DNA of 62,836 nucleotides, counting the filler, from Dimargaris cristalligena (taxonomy: Eukaryota), in assembly GCA_003614675.1 (NCBI GenBank). It is 2 parts of 2 records of this genome, joined end to end, with 100 filler letters (N's around TTAATTAATTAA, not from the genome) between each part and the next. Parts side by side here need not be neighbours in the genome. Positions count along the whole stretch, not along the records: positions 1 to 31,375 come from ML002442.1; positions 31,476 to 62,836 come from ML002443.1. One strand, 5' to 3'. Numbering within the stretch: position 1 is the stretch's first letter; every line of letters begins with the position of its first letter. The notes under the pieces are model-generated. The model ran no database searches and had not been told where the DNA came from. It saw only the letters and a list, made by a program, of their open reading frames with translations. Both the position numbers and the translations under genes were made by a program. Of this stretch, positions 26,993 through 40,184 are shown piece after piece.

Positions 26993-28260
26993 CGATGGCG
27001 CCATTTTATCGCTGGGACTGATACTGTGGTGGAAATGGCTGAGCCAAGCCAATCCTCGAGTGGATGGGGTCAACTATGCTTACCAAGGGTATTGTTACTC
27101 AGCGAATGATGGATTGCCGATGGTCAAACCACTACCCGATTAGCCATGGTCGGGGCTTTAAAACCAGCGGGCCTGTCGTCTAGCCCTATATTTATTTATT
27201 TATTTTGGCGGGAGAAGGAATTGTCGAGGTTCGAATCCGGAAGCTGGTTAATTATAAACCGCTGGGTTTCACCCGACTAAGCGTAACCCCCCATAGGGAG
27301 GGTCGGAGATTTGGTGTACTACCATCAGTTGTGTGAGTCTGTCTTATCGATGAACTAGGTGGAGGAGTGTTTCGGATACAACCCGATAACCTGTCGCTTT
27401 AATTATTATTTTTTGCAGCAAAATAGAGAGATGACCAGCGGAGATTGGGGGTGGGCGAATCTACCAGGAGCCAAAGGGAGGGTATTATATGCAATGGGGC
27501 TGATGGAGGCGTTGAACGTGTACGACATAGTTCCTTTTTATATTTTTATAAAAGTCAAAGTGTTTTTGGAAGCCCCCGTTCCCCTCCCCCAAACCATGAG
27601 CGGAATTATAAGGGGTCTCTTTCCCACAGTTGGGTAGCCTATGGCTAAGCTGGCGTCTTCCGGCTGCATAGCGGCCGAGAGATCATGTAATTAGAATAGG
27701 TCGCTGGTTACCCCAAACCGGTGAGCCGTGTTACTAACGAGAGCCTTATCCCTGAAACGAGCCAGGCGGGGGCTCTAAAGAGATATCATATGTGAGCCTA
27801 TATAGTTACCACCAATATTAATGGGAAAAAAGCTAAAATAGACCCTTAATCGTTCCTTTTCATTTAATACGAGGCTTAGGTCTAGCACTTCCACGTTACT
27901 ATATTTGGAAATACGATGCCAATTGCACAGGTTAATAGGTACTTGATATCGCTCCAGTAGGTAGTTTTGGTATGGTCAAAGGATTGGGGAGATTATATAT
28001 ATATATCCCCTTTTACCTGTTGGCGCGATTTTATATTGACTGTATATCTAGATATTCCCCCCTTACTATTAACCCCCGAGGTGATAAGTACCTCACCATT
28101 ATCCTCCTAACATAGCCACGCCTCCAATCCCTTTATATTTCTTTTTGAGGGTCATTTTTTACATAAGTGACTGAATAGCTCGCTCATATGATACTGCGTT
28201 GCTCAAATCCAACTACTTATACTATACCGTTCATATCCATTTACATCATTATTTAGAACT

Positions 28261-29364
28261 ATGAAACCACACCAGGTGAGTAAATTATATTTTATATGGT
28301 TAGTATTTAGCCTACTAATTCCCAGTACCCTTTCTTCCGAAACAAACGAGGGTGGCCAACTAGCTTTCGACGCCGAGTCGTTTCAAGCGCTTTACAACTG
28401 GTCGCTCCAGTACTTAGCTGCGAACCCTGCCGAACCTGACTCCCCTTCAGTTGGGAGTTCGAGCGACTACGGCGGTTCCCACGTGGCCCTAGGCCCTTCA
28501 ATCGACGACTCTTTTAACCCGGACCGTTCGGCTTGGGACTATACATCAACTTCTGGCGACGCCCGCCGAGTCGCCCCGGCCCCTCTGGATGCGCAAGCCG
28601 ATGATCTCATATTTCCCGAATGGTGGTTTGATTTTGACAGCCCGGCCGCCGATGTCGATGCCACAGTCGAAGGCCCCCATATCCCTAATAGAGACTCGGC
28701 CCAGTCCAGTCCAAGTCAACTATACGATACTATCGACTCTATTAACGCTATTGATGTCATGGACGCTACTGACGTCTCCGACGCTGCTACCGCCTATACC
28801 CCCCCATCCACGCCTGCAGTAGAAGGAAACGAGGCTATCCCCCCTTCCTATCCCCCCACCGGATTCACGGGCTTGCCCCCAAACCGGTATACCAGAGGTA
28901 CAATTGCCCTGTCCTTCCTCAAGGATCCGGCCGAGTTGGAGGGAGAGCACCTGAAACCCGACTTGCCGGCCCCGGGTCCCCCCCATAAGCCCACGCCATC
29001 AATTCGACGCCGTAAGCGACCCAGATTACATCACGGTTGCCCCCACTGTCCGCGACGGTTCGCGTATAATCGGGCCCTTGCTATGCACATGGCCGCCCGG
29101 GTCTGTTTAAAGGAGCGCAAATGCCAGGATTGCCACCATGTCTTTAAAGATAATCCCCAGTATCATAAGCATCGGGGGACCCGTCAAGGCGAATGTGCCA
29201 ACTACCCCTATTCCTGTGCTCATTGTGGGGAGAAATTTAAAATACTTAGCAAGCTGGCTACTCACCAATTTTCTAAAACTATTACGCCGCCGTACACATG
29301 CCAGAAATGTGACCAGGACTTCCCCGCCAAATGTTTGCGTGCCATTCATGAGCGAGCTTGTTAG
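28261..29364 (+). CDS. C2H2/C2HC multi-zinc-finger protein with hydrophobic N-terminus
   Basis: 367-aa ORF. Four fingers (CPHCPRRF..HMAARVC, CQDCHHVF..H, CAHCGEKF..H, CQKCDQDF..HERAC), a basic cluster RRRKRPR, and an acidic, Pro/Ser-rich middle. Confidence 0.82.
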   Translation: MKPHQVSKLYFIWLVFSLLIPSTLSSETNEGGQLAFDAESFQALYNWSLQYLAANPAEPDSPSVGSSSDYGGSHVALGPSIDDSFNPDRSAWDYTSTSGDARRVAPAPLDAQADDLIFPEWWFDFDSPAADVDATVEGPHIPNRDSAQSSPSQLYDTIDSINAIDVMDATDVSDAATAYTPPSTPAVEGNEAIPPSYPPTGFTGLPPNRYTRGTIALSFLKDPAELEGEHLKPDLPAPGPPHKPTPSIRRRKRPRLHHGCPHCPRRFAYNRALAMHMAARVCLKERKCQDCHHVFKDNPQYHKHRGTRQGECANYPYSCAHCGEKFKILSKLATHQFSKTITPPYTCQKCDQDFPAKCLRAIHERAC

Positions 29365-29683
29365 CGGGATCTCCGTGGCAACATCGCAACTCTTAGCCCA
29401 AGGTTTATAACTGGACCCATCAATGAAATGTATTATATCGAACTTGGCTCAATGTGGAGGTATCTTTATTAAAAGCCCAGTCGGGGAATTGTAGTTTCAA
29501 ATGCCGGGGGTAACCAACCACCATGGTGTATTTATTGGGAACTTTACAGGTTTTTAGACAATTCAAGGATAACGATTAGAGTAGTTGGGCCACATGTACA
29601 ATCCCAATGTGTGCTACTTCTTTGATTAATGCGAAATAATAAAAAAATAAAAAGAGACCCAGTTTAACGTCCAAAGTAAATTA

Positions 29684-31164
29684 CTAGATAGAGGACATGA
29701 CGAGGGCCGCACTAGGGACCAATTTCAATTCCCGTAGAGTCTTCTGACCTTGATCCATACCCAAAACCTGCCGAGGGAAGGTGGTCATCAGCTTAAACTG
29801 GGCCACCCCCGTCTTCTCCCGAACGAAATCGTAAAGAGCCGCCAGGGTATCGTCGGCATCGAAGTTATGGGTGATGGGGGACCCGCTCATGGGTCGAATT
29901 TGGACGCGGGCCTGTTCGTAGCCGGTGGTAGCGACCTTGGTCGAACTAGCGATTTCCTGGGCGGATAAATGGACGGGGCTGGCCGCGGCTATACCAGCGG
30001 CCTGGTTTTTTTCAATTTCCCGTTTGGCCGCCCGCTCCCGCTTATCCTCCTCGATCCTTTGTTTAATCCGCTGCCGGGCCAACTGCTCCTCCCGCTTCTC
30101 CTGCTTCCGAAGTTCAATCTCCCGCAGGATTTGTTTCTCCTTGATGGATTCTTTGGTTTCGACGTATTCTTTGCCGGTCTGGCGGCGCATCTTTTCGCGC
30201 TCCCGGGCTTCGGTGGCCTCTTGGGCCAGACGCTCGGCTTTTTTCTGGGACATGCGTTCTTTGAGATCCTGTAGTTTCTGGGCCTTTTCTTCGGCGGTTA
30301 GCGGCTTGATGGCTTCCGTGGATTCGGAAAAATCGACGTGACCGGTGCGAGAGGCGTGGGCTTCGGCAAATTCCGCTAATATTAAAAAAAATCGGGGGAA
30401 AATCATGGAATTTAAAGAACCGTAGGTGTGATGATAGGAAATTCGGTGCATAGGTAAGGATGGCACACCCGTTTTGAGAGATTCATACGGTTGGATAGGA
30501 GAGAGCATCATGGATCTATAAGGGGATTCGGGGCAGTATTACTTACCATTTCGAAATAGTTTCTGGCATTCATTGCATTTGAGGGACTGGGCGGTGGGTT
30601 GAGTCACCTCACCATCATCAGTTGAGTCGCTAGCGGTTCCTTCCGGATGGGATAGGATCCTGCAGGTGGGGGAGCGGAGGATATTTGGGTTACGCAGGGA
30701 CAAAGCATACCAGAATAGCATATGATTAGATAAGATTAATGCATGTACGGGGGGGGATGTGCGGGACCGGCTAGAATTCGAAAGGCTTACATAACATGGG
30801 TTAGAAACGCGGTCCACTTACCAGTCCATGGCGGCTTGGAGGCCTTGGTTTTTAGTTTTGGCCAAGGCTAGTTCGCTGTAACGGCCAGAGAATGAAAGGG
30901 AAAATACATCAACAATAGGTCACCATACCCGTTGTCCGGGGCCGTGGAGATATGTCTGAACGCCAATTAAAATATAATCGGAAGAGAAGTGCTTTAGGCT
31001 CGCCTCAAGAAAGGACGAGATAGGCGTGATCAAGGGTATTCCCAAGTTCGGGGTATGCGATGACGAGGAGAAGGAGGAGGAGTTGACTAGGGCTGAGTTA
31101 CTTACACTCGTTCTTCGGGGAAGCCCATGTCGATGAGGGCCTGTTTGTCGTTGGAGTTGGACAT
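29684..31164 (-). CDS. UBA - C2H2 - coiled coil - UBX protein (UBXN1/SAKS1-like Cdc48/p97 cofactor), 4 exons
   Basis: Exons give [29 protein letters not shown] (UBA), SLKCNECQKLF..AHASRTGH, IKPLTAEEK.., and ARVQIRP..LMTTFPR..LKLVPSAALV (UBX). Confidence 0.9.
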
Positions 31165-31375
31165 GGTGGGCAAATGCGGGACTGAGGCAGGTAGGTTCAG
31201 AAAAGTCGATAGTAGTACAGAGAAATCGAGAAACGAAGGGTGCAGTAGTAAGGAATGTATTGGATTAACAGGGTAAATGGAGGTTATGTCTAACAGGTGG
31301 AGTCGAGGAACTGGGGCGATGACAAAGCAAAGAAGAATAGCATATGATTAGATAAGATTAATGCATGTACGGTGA

Positions 31376-31475
31376 NNNNNNNNNNNNNNNNNNNNNNNNN
31401 NNNNNNNNNNNNNNNNNNNTTAATTAATTAANNNNNNNNNNNNNNNNNNNNNNNNNNNNNNNNNNNNNNNNNNNN
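31376..31475. other. Scaffold gap / artificial linker (N-run with TTAATTAATTAA at 31420-31431)
   Basis: 100 nt of N with a central six-frame stop linker. Confidence 0.97.
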
Positions 31476-31774
31476 TCCCCGGTTGCCCTAGTTGTCCCTA
31501 TCTGAAGATCAGATAAGAATTGTCCCCGCCGAAGTGCGTGTTTCCCTTAGCCAGTTAGTTTTTCCCACTAGACTGAGGCTGCTCCAGTTGGCCCTGATAA
31601 GGTTATCAGGCTATATTGCCCTGTGGTATTAATTGTGACCACAACACCAGTTTATTTATTGCCGGCTGACATCCACCGATATTATCAAACTTTTCATAAT
31701 TCCCACCGTGAGACCAGATTGATTACAAAGAGAATAGAGACCTAGTTTAACCCCACCGTATCACAATTTATAAG

Positions 31775-31918
31775 ATATGGGAGAGGTTCAACCGAGCTGT
31801 ATAACGAAAAATCCATTGGATGAAGCAAATCTTACTGGTTAAACATAAATCTCCCATACATTATCCCATGCGCTTATCATTTAAAACCTTATACAGCGGG
31901 GCCGAATTTCACCCATAT
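31775..31918 (+). mobile_element. 144-bp MITE-like element, copy 1
   Basis: Imperfect ~30-nt terminal inverted repeats ATATGGGAGAGGTTCAACCGAGCTGTATAA ... TTATACAGCGGGGCCGAATTTCACCCATAT. Aligns end to end with 51084-51227. Confidence 0.72.
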
Positions 31919-32667
31919 TATCTTGGGAATCGGGGTAGGTCATATATTTGAAATTGCATAAACCGTAGCCTGTATACATATAGTATAGGTTCAATCTAGC
32001 TATATAACGGGAGAACATGATCGATGAGACCGGGTGTCACTTCTTATATTAAGAGGATCTCGTTCATTTAACCATATAGATGACTAAGGGCGTGTCTGTG
32101 TATAAAAGTCCTTCCCTGGCCAATTCTTAATATACATCACCGATTCGGGTATTATCTCCCTAATACTATTTTGGAATAGCCACATGAATGTAGTCTACTT
32201 TGAAGAGGTAAATAAATACCATATATACTGCATCTGTTGGTTTAAATTGCCCATAAAAAATATTCAAATACTAGGGAATCCTATACAGCTCGACTAAATT
32301 TCGCACCCACAATTCGCACTATAGCTAAGCTAAATATCGCGGGTCTACAGAAGGCAGGTGGGACTATAGCTATATACAGGCCGTAATATTCAAACCGATG
32401 GCTGGTAAGCAACTGTTAAACAGTGGACGGTTGTTTATAATTTTCCCAAACCCTGGAAGTCGGACTTGTTGAGAGTAAACCGGTATACTATTGGTTGCTT
32501 GGCTTGTTATGGGCTAGCCACTCTTTCGCATTGGCAAGCGCTGCAGCCAACTCCATTTTTGTTTCCCATCCCATTCCACTCGCTTTTTCTATCGTTCCTT
32601 ATTTTGGCGTTTCCTTTTCTTGCCCTTCTCAGTTCCGTTGCTAGTTATTACCTACCCTCCCACCGAC

Positions 32668-35600
32668 ATGGATTTCTCCGTCCTCTACAAACATATTGGC
32701 GGCCAAGTGGTGTTTTCGCCCGACGGCAAGTACCTTGCTTCAAGCCTGAAGGAGCGTCTCGTCATTCGCGACAGCCTGGAGCTGGGGGTATTGCATACAT
32801 TTATTTGCTCGTATCCGATCCAGGACATTCAATGGGGCCCCCATTCCGACTACATTCTCTCGGCTTCGTATAAGCAGGCCAAGGTCGATGTGTGGAATCT
32901 ACAAGACGAAAAGCGGCACATTGACATTGAAGACGCCTTTTGCGGTATGAATAGTGCTCGTTGGTGCCCCGATGGCATTCATATTATGGTCGTGTCCGAG
33001 TTTCAGGTAAGGGCCGTATAGTAATTCATAGGCAGTCAATGGGTGGCCTCCAACCTATTTCTAAACTCCGACAGGGGTTGGGGATCTAAACTATGTATTT
33101 GTTGACCGCAAATCCCTAGGGTACGATGCTAGTTTAACGAAAATACACGACTATTTCGCTCACCACATTTCTCCTACCCTATTACCATCAAACTTAATTA
33201 AACCGGCACTATTTAGGTGCGGTTATCCATATGGTCCCTCTTGAGTGGCGAGGCATTTTATATCCAGTACCCGAAATATAAAGATAAAGGTAGGTTGGTT
33301 GTCTGTCTTTTAATTTCATGTAGATTAAGTTGCTTATTTGTGGAATTGCCGCCGCTTTTATCGATTGTCCTCGGTATATTTAGTAACCGGATATTTCCCA
33401 TTAATTATGCCACTTTGTCACCACCCTCTTACTCGGCTCCTTACAGGCATTTCCTACAGCTCCGACGACCGGTTTGTAGCGATCCTTGAACGACAGGAGT
33501 CCAAGGACGCGGTGGGTGTATATAGTACCGATCCATGGGCCCTTCAGAAGGTAAGTCTCCTAATTTACCATATGCGACGTATTGCCTCTCCATTGTAAAT
33601 TTATCCATCGTGTACTACCATATGATAAATTCACTTAGAGTGAATAGCTTAGGACATCGATATTAACCACCTTAATAACGGCTTGTAAATACTCGTCTAT
33701 ATAGCAATTTACGGTGGATGCCATTGATATTGAAAATATCGCCTGGTCCCCAGATGACCGGTATATTGCCGTTTGGGACTCCAATGTAGACGTAAGTGTA
33801 TTGTTTTTGCATATAGGCCGAACAAAATCAGGAAATGCTGACTATTTGTTTGCTTTAGTAAACAACTACCATAATAATATTATATTTCCTCACTGCAGTA
33901 ATAGCCCTGTCAAAACATCTATTTCTAATCCCCACCATGCCTAACATACATTGAAATTGATGGGGCACCCTTTCTACCTATCAGTACAAAGTATTTATCT
34001 ACAATCCTCTAGGTATTTTGAAACGGACATACCGGGCCTACGAGGACGGACTGGGCATCAAAAGCGTCACCTGGGACCCATTTAGTCAATTCTTAGCAGT
34101 TGGCAGCTACGACCAACAGGTAAGTACTGTTTTTATTCAATCATGTACGATTTGTTTTTCGGGGTTAGGTTTAGACTGATCGGCTTAAGGTATATGCGAG
34201 TTACCGGTTACCTTTTAACTCGGCTGAGGACTTGCGTATGCTGATTTCTAACTAACTGTACCAACTGCCATTGTTTCCAATTCTGCACCAGGTTCGCTTG
34301 CTAAATACGTATAACTGGTCCCCATTTTTGACGCTCAAACACCCTTCCAAAGTCACTCGGCCGGATGTTGTAAGTCTTAATTCATATTGTTCCATTTTAC
34401 TCATTAGTGTCAAATTCCTTGACTTGAATCAAGGGAAATAGTAACGGTCGTTCAAAAGAACGCTATTCTCCCATAATAGTGAACATGCCCTAACCTTGGT
34501 CTTTGGTATCTATCTCTTTTTCGTTTACCATACCCGGTACCAGAAAATATACGTCGAAACAGATGTGTCCAACGAAATTAACGATACCTCGCATCGATTT
34601 TCAACCAAAAAGATGCTTCGGCGATGTAAGTTACCCGGGGAGGTTTTTTTTTTCATCTGACTACACTGTATACTTGATTCACCCTCCTCCATAAGATTTG
34701 ATCCATCGATTTAGCCAGTTAACCAAACCATATTTACTATTCAAAAACACTCCCATTTGTCCGTACTAACGGCATTGCTTTTAGTTGAACTACAAGATAA
34801 ATACAGCAATATCACCACTGTTGTTCCCGACGGCACCAAGCCCAACCCCAAGCTAGGCATTGGGTTCATGGAGTTTAGTTACTCTGGGGACTATTTCTGT
34901 ACTCGCAATGGTAAGTTCCTGTTTTTTTTTTGTACCTGGATGTCCTTAAATGGTCTTATTATGGGCCACTATACCTCTACCATGTCATTTTTTATATGGT
35001 ATAAGGCAACTGGCCCCACACACAATTGGTATGCAAATATCCAATCTTTAACTAACTACTGGTCATCCTTTGCCAAATTATTGGTATTTGCTCCACCTTA
35101 AACCCTCGTTGGTTCTTCGTCAGATAATATGCCCAATAGTCTATGGATTTGGGATATGAAGACTTTACGACTATACGCCTTCATCCATATGATTGACCCG
35201 ATTCGAACGGTTCGGTGGAACCCCGCGTCAGCCGATATACTGGCATTCTCGTGTACTGCCAATTGCGTATACCTTTGGCGGCCCGAAAGGGGATGCGAGT
35301 TTTACGAACTTCCAGCAGGTAAGCCCCACAGGCCGATTCACTTTCCTTTTTAAAACTTCCACCAATGAATGTCCTACGGAGCACTAAAGAGTTCCAGTAG
35401 CCAATTGTTTCCCCAAATAGGAGAGTTGCACGAACCTACACAGTATGTACCGCAGTTTATGGGGGGAAATCAACTAGTATTCCAGGCGGGGATCCTACAC
35501 CTTGATGTTTTCATAGATGGCTTTCCCCCATATTTCTTTGCGCGATTTTTGTGAACTTATCGATGACTGAATGACTGACAATCCATTCTTACTGATTATA

Positions 35601-35778
35601 CCATATCTTACGTCTGTCCCTATTATCTTGGACTCCTGCTACGGCGGGTGTGCCTCCATCCCTTTGTTTAGCCAACTTTAACCTAACGACCTTCCACTGG
35701 AGTCCCTCGGGCCACGCGATTGCCTTCCTGGACAAGGAAAGGTTCCACCTGGGATTTGTCGCCCGTCCGTCAGAATAA
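32668..35778 (+). CDS. WRAP73: WD-repeat protein WRAP73/WDR8 (centrosome/spindle pole body), multi-exon
   Basis: MDFSVLYK..FSPDGKYLAS..RLVIRD, SEFQVRLSIWSL..YIQYPK, YRAYEDGLGIKSVTW..FLAVGSYDQ, PNPKLGIG, NMPNSLWIWD. Last exon ends ..ARPSE* at 35778. Confidence 0.9.
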
Positions 35779-36816
35779 ACTTGCACTATTGCTCACTTAA
35801 TTACTTCCATTCCGGGCTCCATAAGTGCTCAAATGCCCCGACGCTACGTGTCAGTCATACTCCGTTAATAGCCCTACTTTAGTTTAAAAGTCGATGTACT
35901 TTATCGCTTTGGTTAATTTGAATCAGATCCTATATAATATAAATAAGTTGATCTGCTCGGGTGCTGTGTAATATTTGCCGATTGGCCCTTTGGGTGGTCA
36001 GGATCACACTGATCCAACCTGTTCAGTAGAGTAGCACATGAGAAGTGAAGTCATGTGCAAATATTAGCTGGCGGTGGGTTTCCGCTAGAAGTATTGCGAG
36101 CAAACCTATAGCAATAATACCGCAAAGTTCGTAGTAGTACGTTGCTTGACTGTGACGATGCGGCATTGGGGGGAAATACCCACCACTGACCGTAGCCAAC
36201 TAGTTTGGTAATCGATGTTCGGTAGTTCTGGCCCTATAATAGGGAAATGCCCAAGAAAATACCGTATCTGATAACTAGTTTACGTGGGCCCCAGTTAAAG
36301 TCTCAAACCAGCCACTGGTGACACATAATCGTATGAGCCACCGATTAGCTGGAGGGCATTATTAACTGAGGCCGGTCTGAAACCGACCAACTGTTCCATT
36401 CCCAGTCAGTCCAACTAGCCCCACCACTCGGGTTGGGTGGTCGGGACTATTTCTCTATTACTCTCTATAGTGGGAGGGCCGCACGCACTATAAATCAAGC
36501 ACCGGGCTCCTGAGACTATATATAATGATGAGGGCTGCTCCCTCTCACCCAAACACCAAGCACGTCATCCGTCCCTTACTACACTTGCTCACTGGCCACC
36601 ACCACTATAGCCCAAAGACGCATTCCACGCTTCTTATTGGCACCTTGTCCATGCGAAGTGAAGGTCCCTTACTCTTGTGCCTGGTTGTCCATTAACAACC
36701 TCGATTTGCTTTTTCACATTGTAACTTTCCATTGGTCTTCCGTCGTGGCCCGACGGCTCTTCTCAGCACCAAACCGCTTGTTCCTGCACTCAACCTTTTA
36801 GTATTTTCCGTCAGCA

Positions 36817-39246
36817 ATGCACTTACTCCGTGTGCCTACCCATGGCTCAGGTCGGAGGGCATTCCCGCTACACCGGGTCAACCTACGGACCGCCCGACAC
36901 CTCAGTACGACAATCCGCTCCCATGTTCCGCCGTTGACTCGGGCTGGCGCTAGTGAGGTCTTGGGTTGCCCCCTACTGGCTTTTTCCAAGGGAACCTGGA
37001 CGACCCAGAGCTCCCGTCCTATCCGGTTACTTAGCACCAAGAAGGACCAACTCCCCCCTACCCCAACCAAAGTACCCCCGGTCCCAACTCCCCGCACCAA
37101 AAAGGACCAGCAGGCCAGCGACTTTCAAATTATTCGGCATCTGCTTAAGTACGTCTGGCCGAAAAACGACCCGGGGGCTAAGCTCCGCGTGGTCGCCGCT
37201 TTATCTCTACTAGTCATGGGTAAAGTATTAAACGTGCAGGTGCCCATGATCTTCAAGCACATTGTAGACACGTTAAATGGGGTCGACCCGGCGGCCGGGG
37301 GAGTGTCCCTCGTAACCATAGCCGGTGCCATGTTAATTGGTTACGGTGGCGCTCGACTAGGCGCGGCTGCCTTCCAGGAACTGCGCAATGCCGTTTTTTC
37401 CCGGGTGGCCCAAACGGCGATCCGTAAAGTGGCCCTCAATGTATACCAACACTTGCTCCATCTGGACCTGAGTTTCCATCTTTCGCGGCACACGGGCGGG
37501 CTCACGCGGGCCATTGATCGCGGAACCAAGGGTATTAGTTTCCTGCTCTCGTCCATGGTCTTCCACTTTCTCCCGACCGTTTTGGAGATTGGTATCGTCT
37601 GTACCATCCTAGCCTCCAAGTACGGGGTGTCGTTCGCCTACATTACGGCCGGCACCATGGCCGCGTACGTGGCCTTCACCCTGGCCGTGACCCAGTGGCG
37701 TACGCGCTTCCGCCGGGATATGAACGTGGCCGATAACCAGGCCGCCACCATCGCGGTGGATTCCTTGATCAACTTTGAGTCGGTCAAATATTTCAACAAC
37801 GAGAATTTCGAGGCCCAACAATACAATCAGGCCCTGGTCAAATACGAGAAGGCTGCCCTGCGTACCGCCAGTAGTCTGGCCTTTTTAAATGCCGGTCAGA
37901 ACGCCATCTTTAGCGTGTCCCTGACGGCTATGATGTGGATGGCCAGTCAGGGTATTGTGGACGGAACCCTAACGGTTGGGGACTTGGTCATGGTGAATGG
38001 CCTCGTCTTCCAGCTATCCCTGCCCCTGAATTTCCTGGGCTCGGTGTACCGTGAGCTCCGCCAATCCCTAATCGATATGGACGCCCTGTTCGGCCTGCAG
38101 AACGTCAATAGCCAGGTCGTTGACTCCCCCAATGCCCGCGATCTCGTCTGGCGGGGTGGGGAGATTCGCTTCGAGGATGTGACTTTTGGCTACCACCCGG
38201 ACCGCCCCATCCTCTCAAACTTCAGCTTTGTCATTCCCGCCGGGCAGAAGACGGCCATCGTGGGTCCGAGTGGGTGCGGCAAGTCGACGATCCTTAAGCT
38301 GATTTTCCGCTTTTACGACCCCACCTCGGGTAATATATATATCGATGGGCAGAACCTTAAGGATATCAAATTAGAGAGCCTGCGGAAGATGGTGGGCACG
38401 GTACCCCAGGTAAGTTTATGAATAGATAGGACCATTTAGGATGGTGTCGGCCGAAGGCTACGCACCGTTTCTAAAATCAACCACATCCCCCTAGAAAGTA
38501 GGGACACAGGGGGGCCCGAGTAGTTTAATTGGGATAAATTGCTCGTCCATAGTATGGTTTATCATTTCAAACAGTTGAACCTTGGAATCTCCCTAGTGGG
38601 CGACCCATTTGAATGATACCATTCATTAGTTTATAACCAAGCTCTCATTAACCCAATTACACAACCAATCCCCAATTCTCCTAAATAGGATACGGCCCTC
38701 TTCAACAACACCATTTACCACAACATCCTCTACGGCCGCACTTCCGCCACGACGGACGAAGTCATAGCGGCGGCCAAGGAAGCCCAGATTCACGACGCCA
38801 TTATGAGATTGCCCGATAAATACGAAACCAGAGTCGGCGAACGTGGCCTGATGCTGTCGGGCGGAGAAAAACAACGCGTGGCGTTAGCCCGTGCCATTCT
38901 GAAAAATAGTCCCATCTTATTTTTCGACGAGGCCACCTCGGCCCTAGACACGCACACGGAGCGGGACATCCTGGCCCACATCCGGGCCATATTACGGAAT
39001 AAGAACCGGACCGGTATTTTTATCGCCCATCGACTGCGGACCATCTACGACGCGGATCTGATCCTGGTTCTTAAAGACGGCCGGCTCCACGAACAGGGTA
39101 CCCATAACTCGCTGCTGAGCCAAACGGGAGACCATTACTTATACCAGGCCATGTGGCAGATGCAGGAGACGGCGGCGACTGACCCCGCCGTAGAGACGGA
39201 AAGTGAATTGGTAGAGAAGCCAGATAGTAAACCAACGGTATTTTAA
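36817..39246 (+). CDS. ATM1: Mitochondrial ABC transporter Atm1/ABCB7, 2 exons (36817-38409, 38689-39246)
   Basis: Presequence-like N-terminus, [21 protein letters not shown], Walker [10 protein letters not shown], signature LSGGEKQR, Walker [16 protein letters not shown]. Confidence 0.97.
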
Positions 39247-40184
39247 TCTAAGACTACCCCCCTCTCCCTATCAGTCAGTTCAGTTCAGGCGGTATCTTGA
39301 AACATCGGAAGGTATTGTGATGTGCAGTTGTTTACATTATTTGGCCCCAGGAATTTTTATGTATATTGGAATAAACTAACGAAATTTATCGAGAGACAGT
39401 ATGTGCAGCAATGCGGTTAGAATGGTCAATAGCTGAATGGTTAGTCAGTCGGTCCATAATCGAAGGGTGAATAGGCTGACGTTTCACTCGACAGTCACTG
39501 TTGTGTTGAAATAGCCTGTTTTGATTTATGGATTAGAGATGGATCCATCGACCCTACTGGTTTAATATTGGCCCAGCGACAACCACTGGGGCACAATAAC
39601 AGTGCATGGCTGACCTTCTCTCGTTGGTCTGATAGAGCCGCAAGGTCCTCGTCCTCTGCACACCTCCCTCTCGCTTAGTAAAGTGGGATTGTGCTGCCAT
39701 TGGTGCCCATCTCCCATTTAGCTATTGGAATTAGCCGGTTACTGAGCACAGCGGGTGATTGGAAGGACAGCGTCCCGATAAATCCAATCCTTGTGGCAAA
39801 ATCCGTTTCATATCTTTTTTTGAGGCCAGTAGGCGGACTACAGAATCAACTGGGTCGCACTTGTCCTCCACTGCTCTACGGCGGTGGTTGGCGCAGAAGT
39901 ACATTCTGAAGACTGTACGAGCCAACCAGGCGGGTCCTTTAACTCCATAACGCCGAGTCCAATAAGATCATACTGGGGTAGTACGAGGTACTCGACTTTC
40001 CCCCTGATTATATCGTATTCACCATTTGTTGAATATTGCGCGTCGCCTCTATTCCCCTCCCTCTCTGCTTCTCCTTATCCCTCACCCCCACACACACACA
40101 CTCTCTCTCATTAAATACCTTTACCTCTCCCAGTATTATCCCTCTTAGAATTCATTTCGTCGACCATTCTACCTATTTGTCACT

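Noticed and set aside
27205-27250. GGTTCGAATCC (tRNA T-loop/B-box consensus)
   Set aside because: Flanks do not form a cloverleaf, and no convincing A-box is present.
31420-31431. Palindromic TTAATTAATTAA inside the N-run
   Set aside because: Artificial six-frame-stop scaffold linker, not biology.
32668-35778. Centrosomal/ciliary WRAP73 in a presumably non-flagellated fungus
   Set aside because: WDR8 orthologs are already known at spindle pole bodies of non-flagellated fungi such as fission yeast, so this is not novel.
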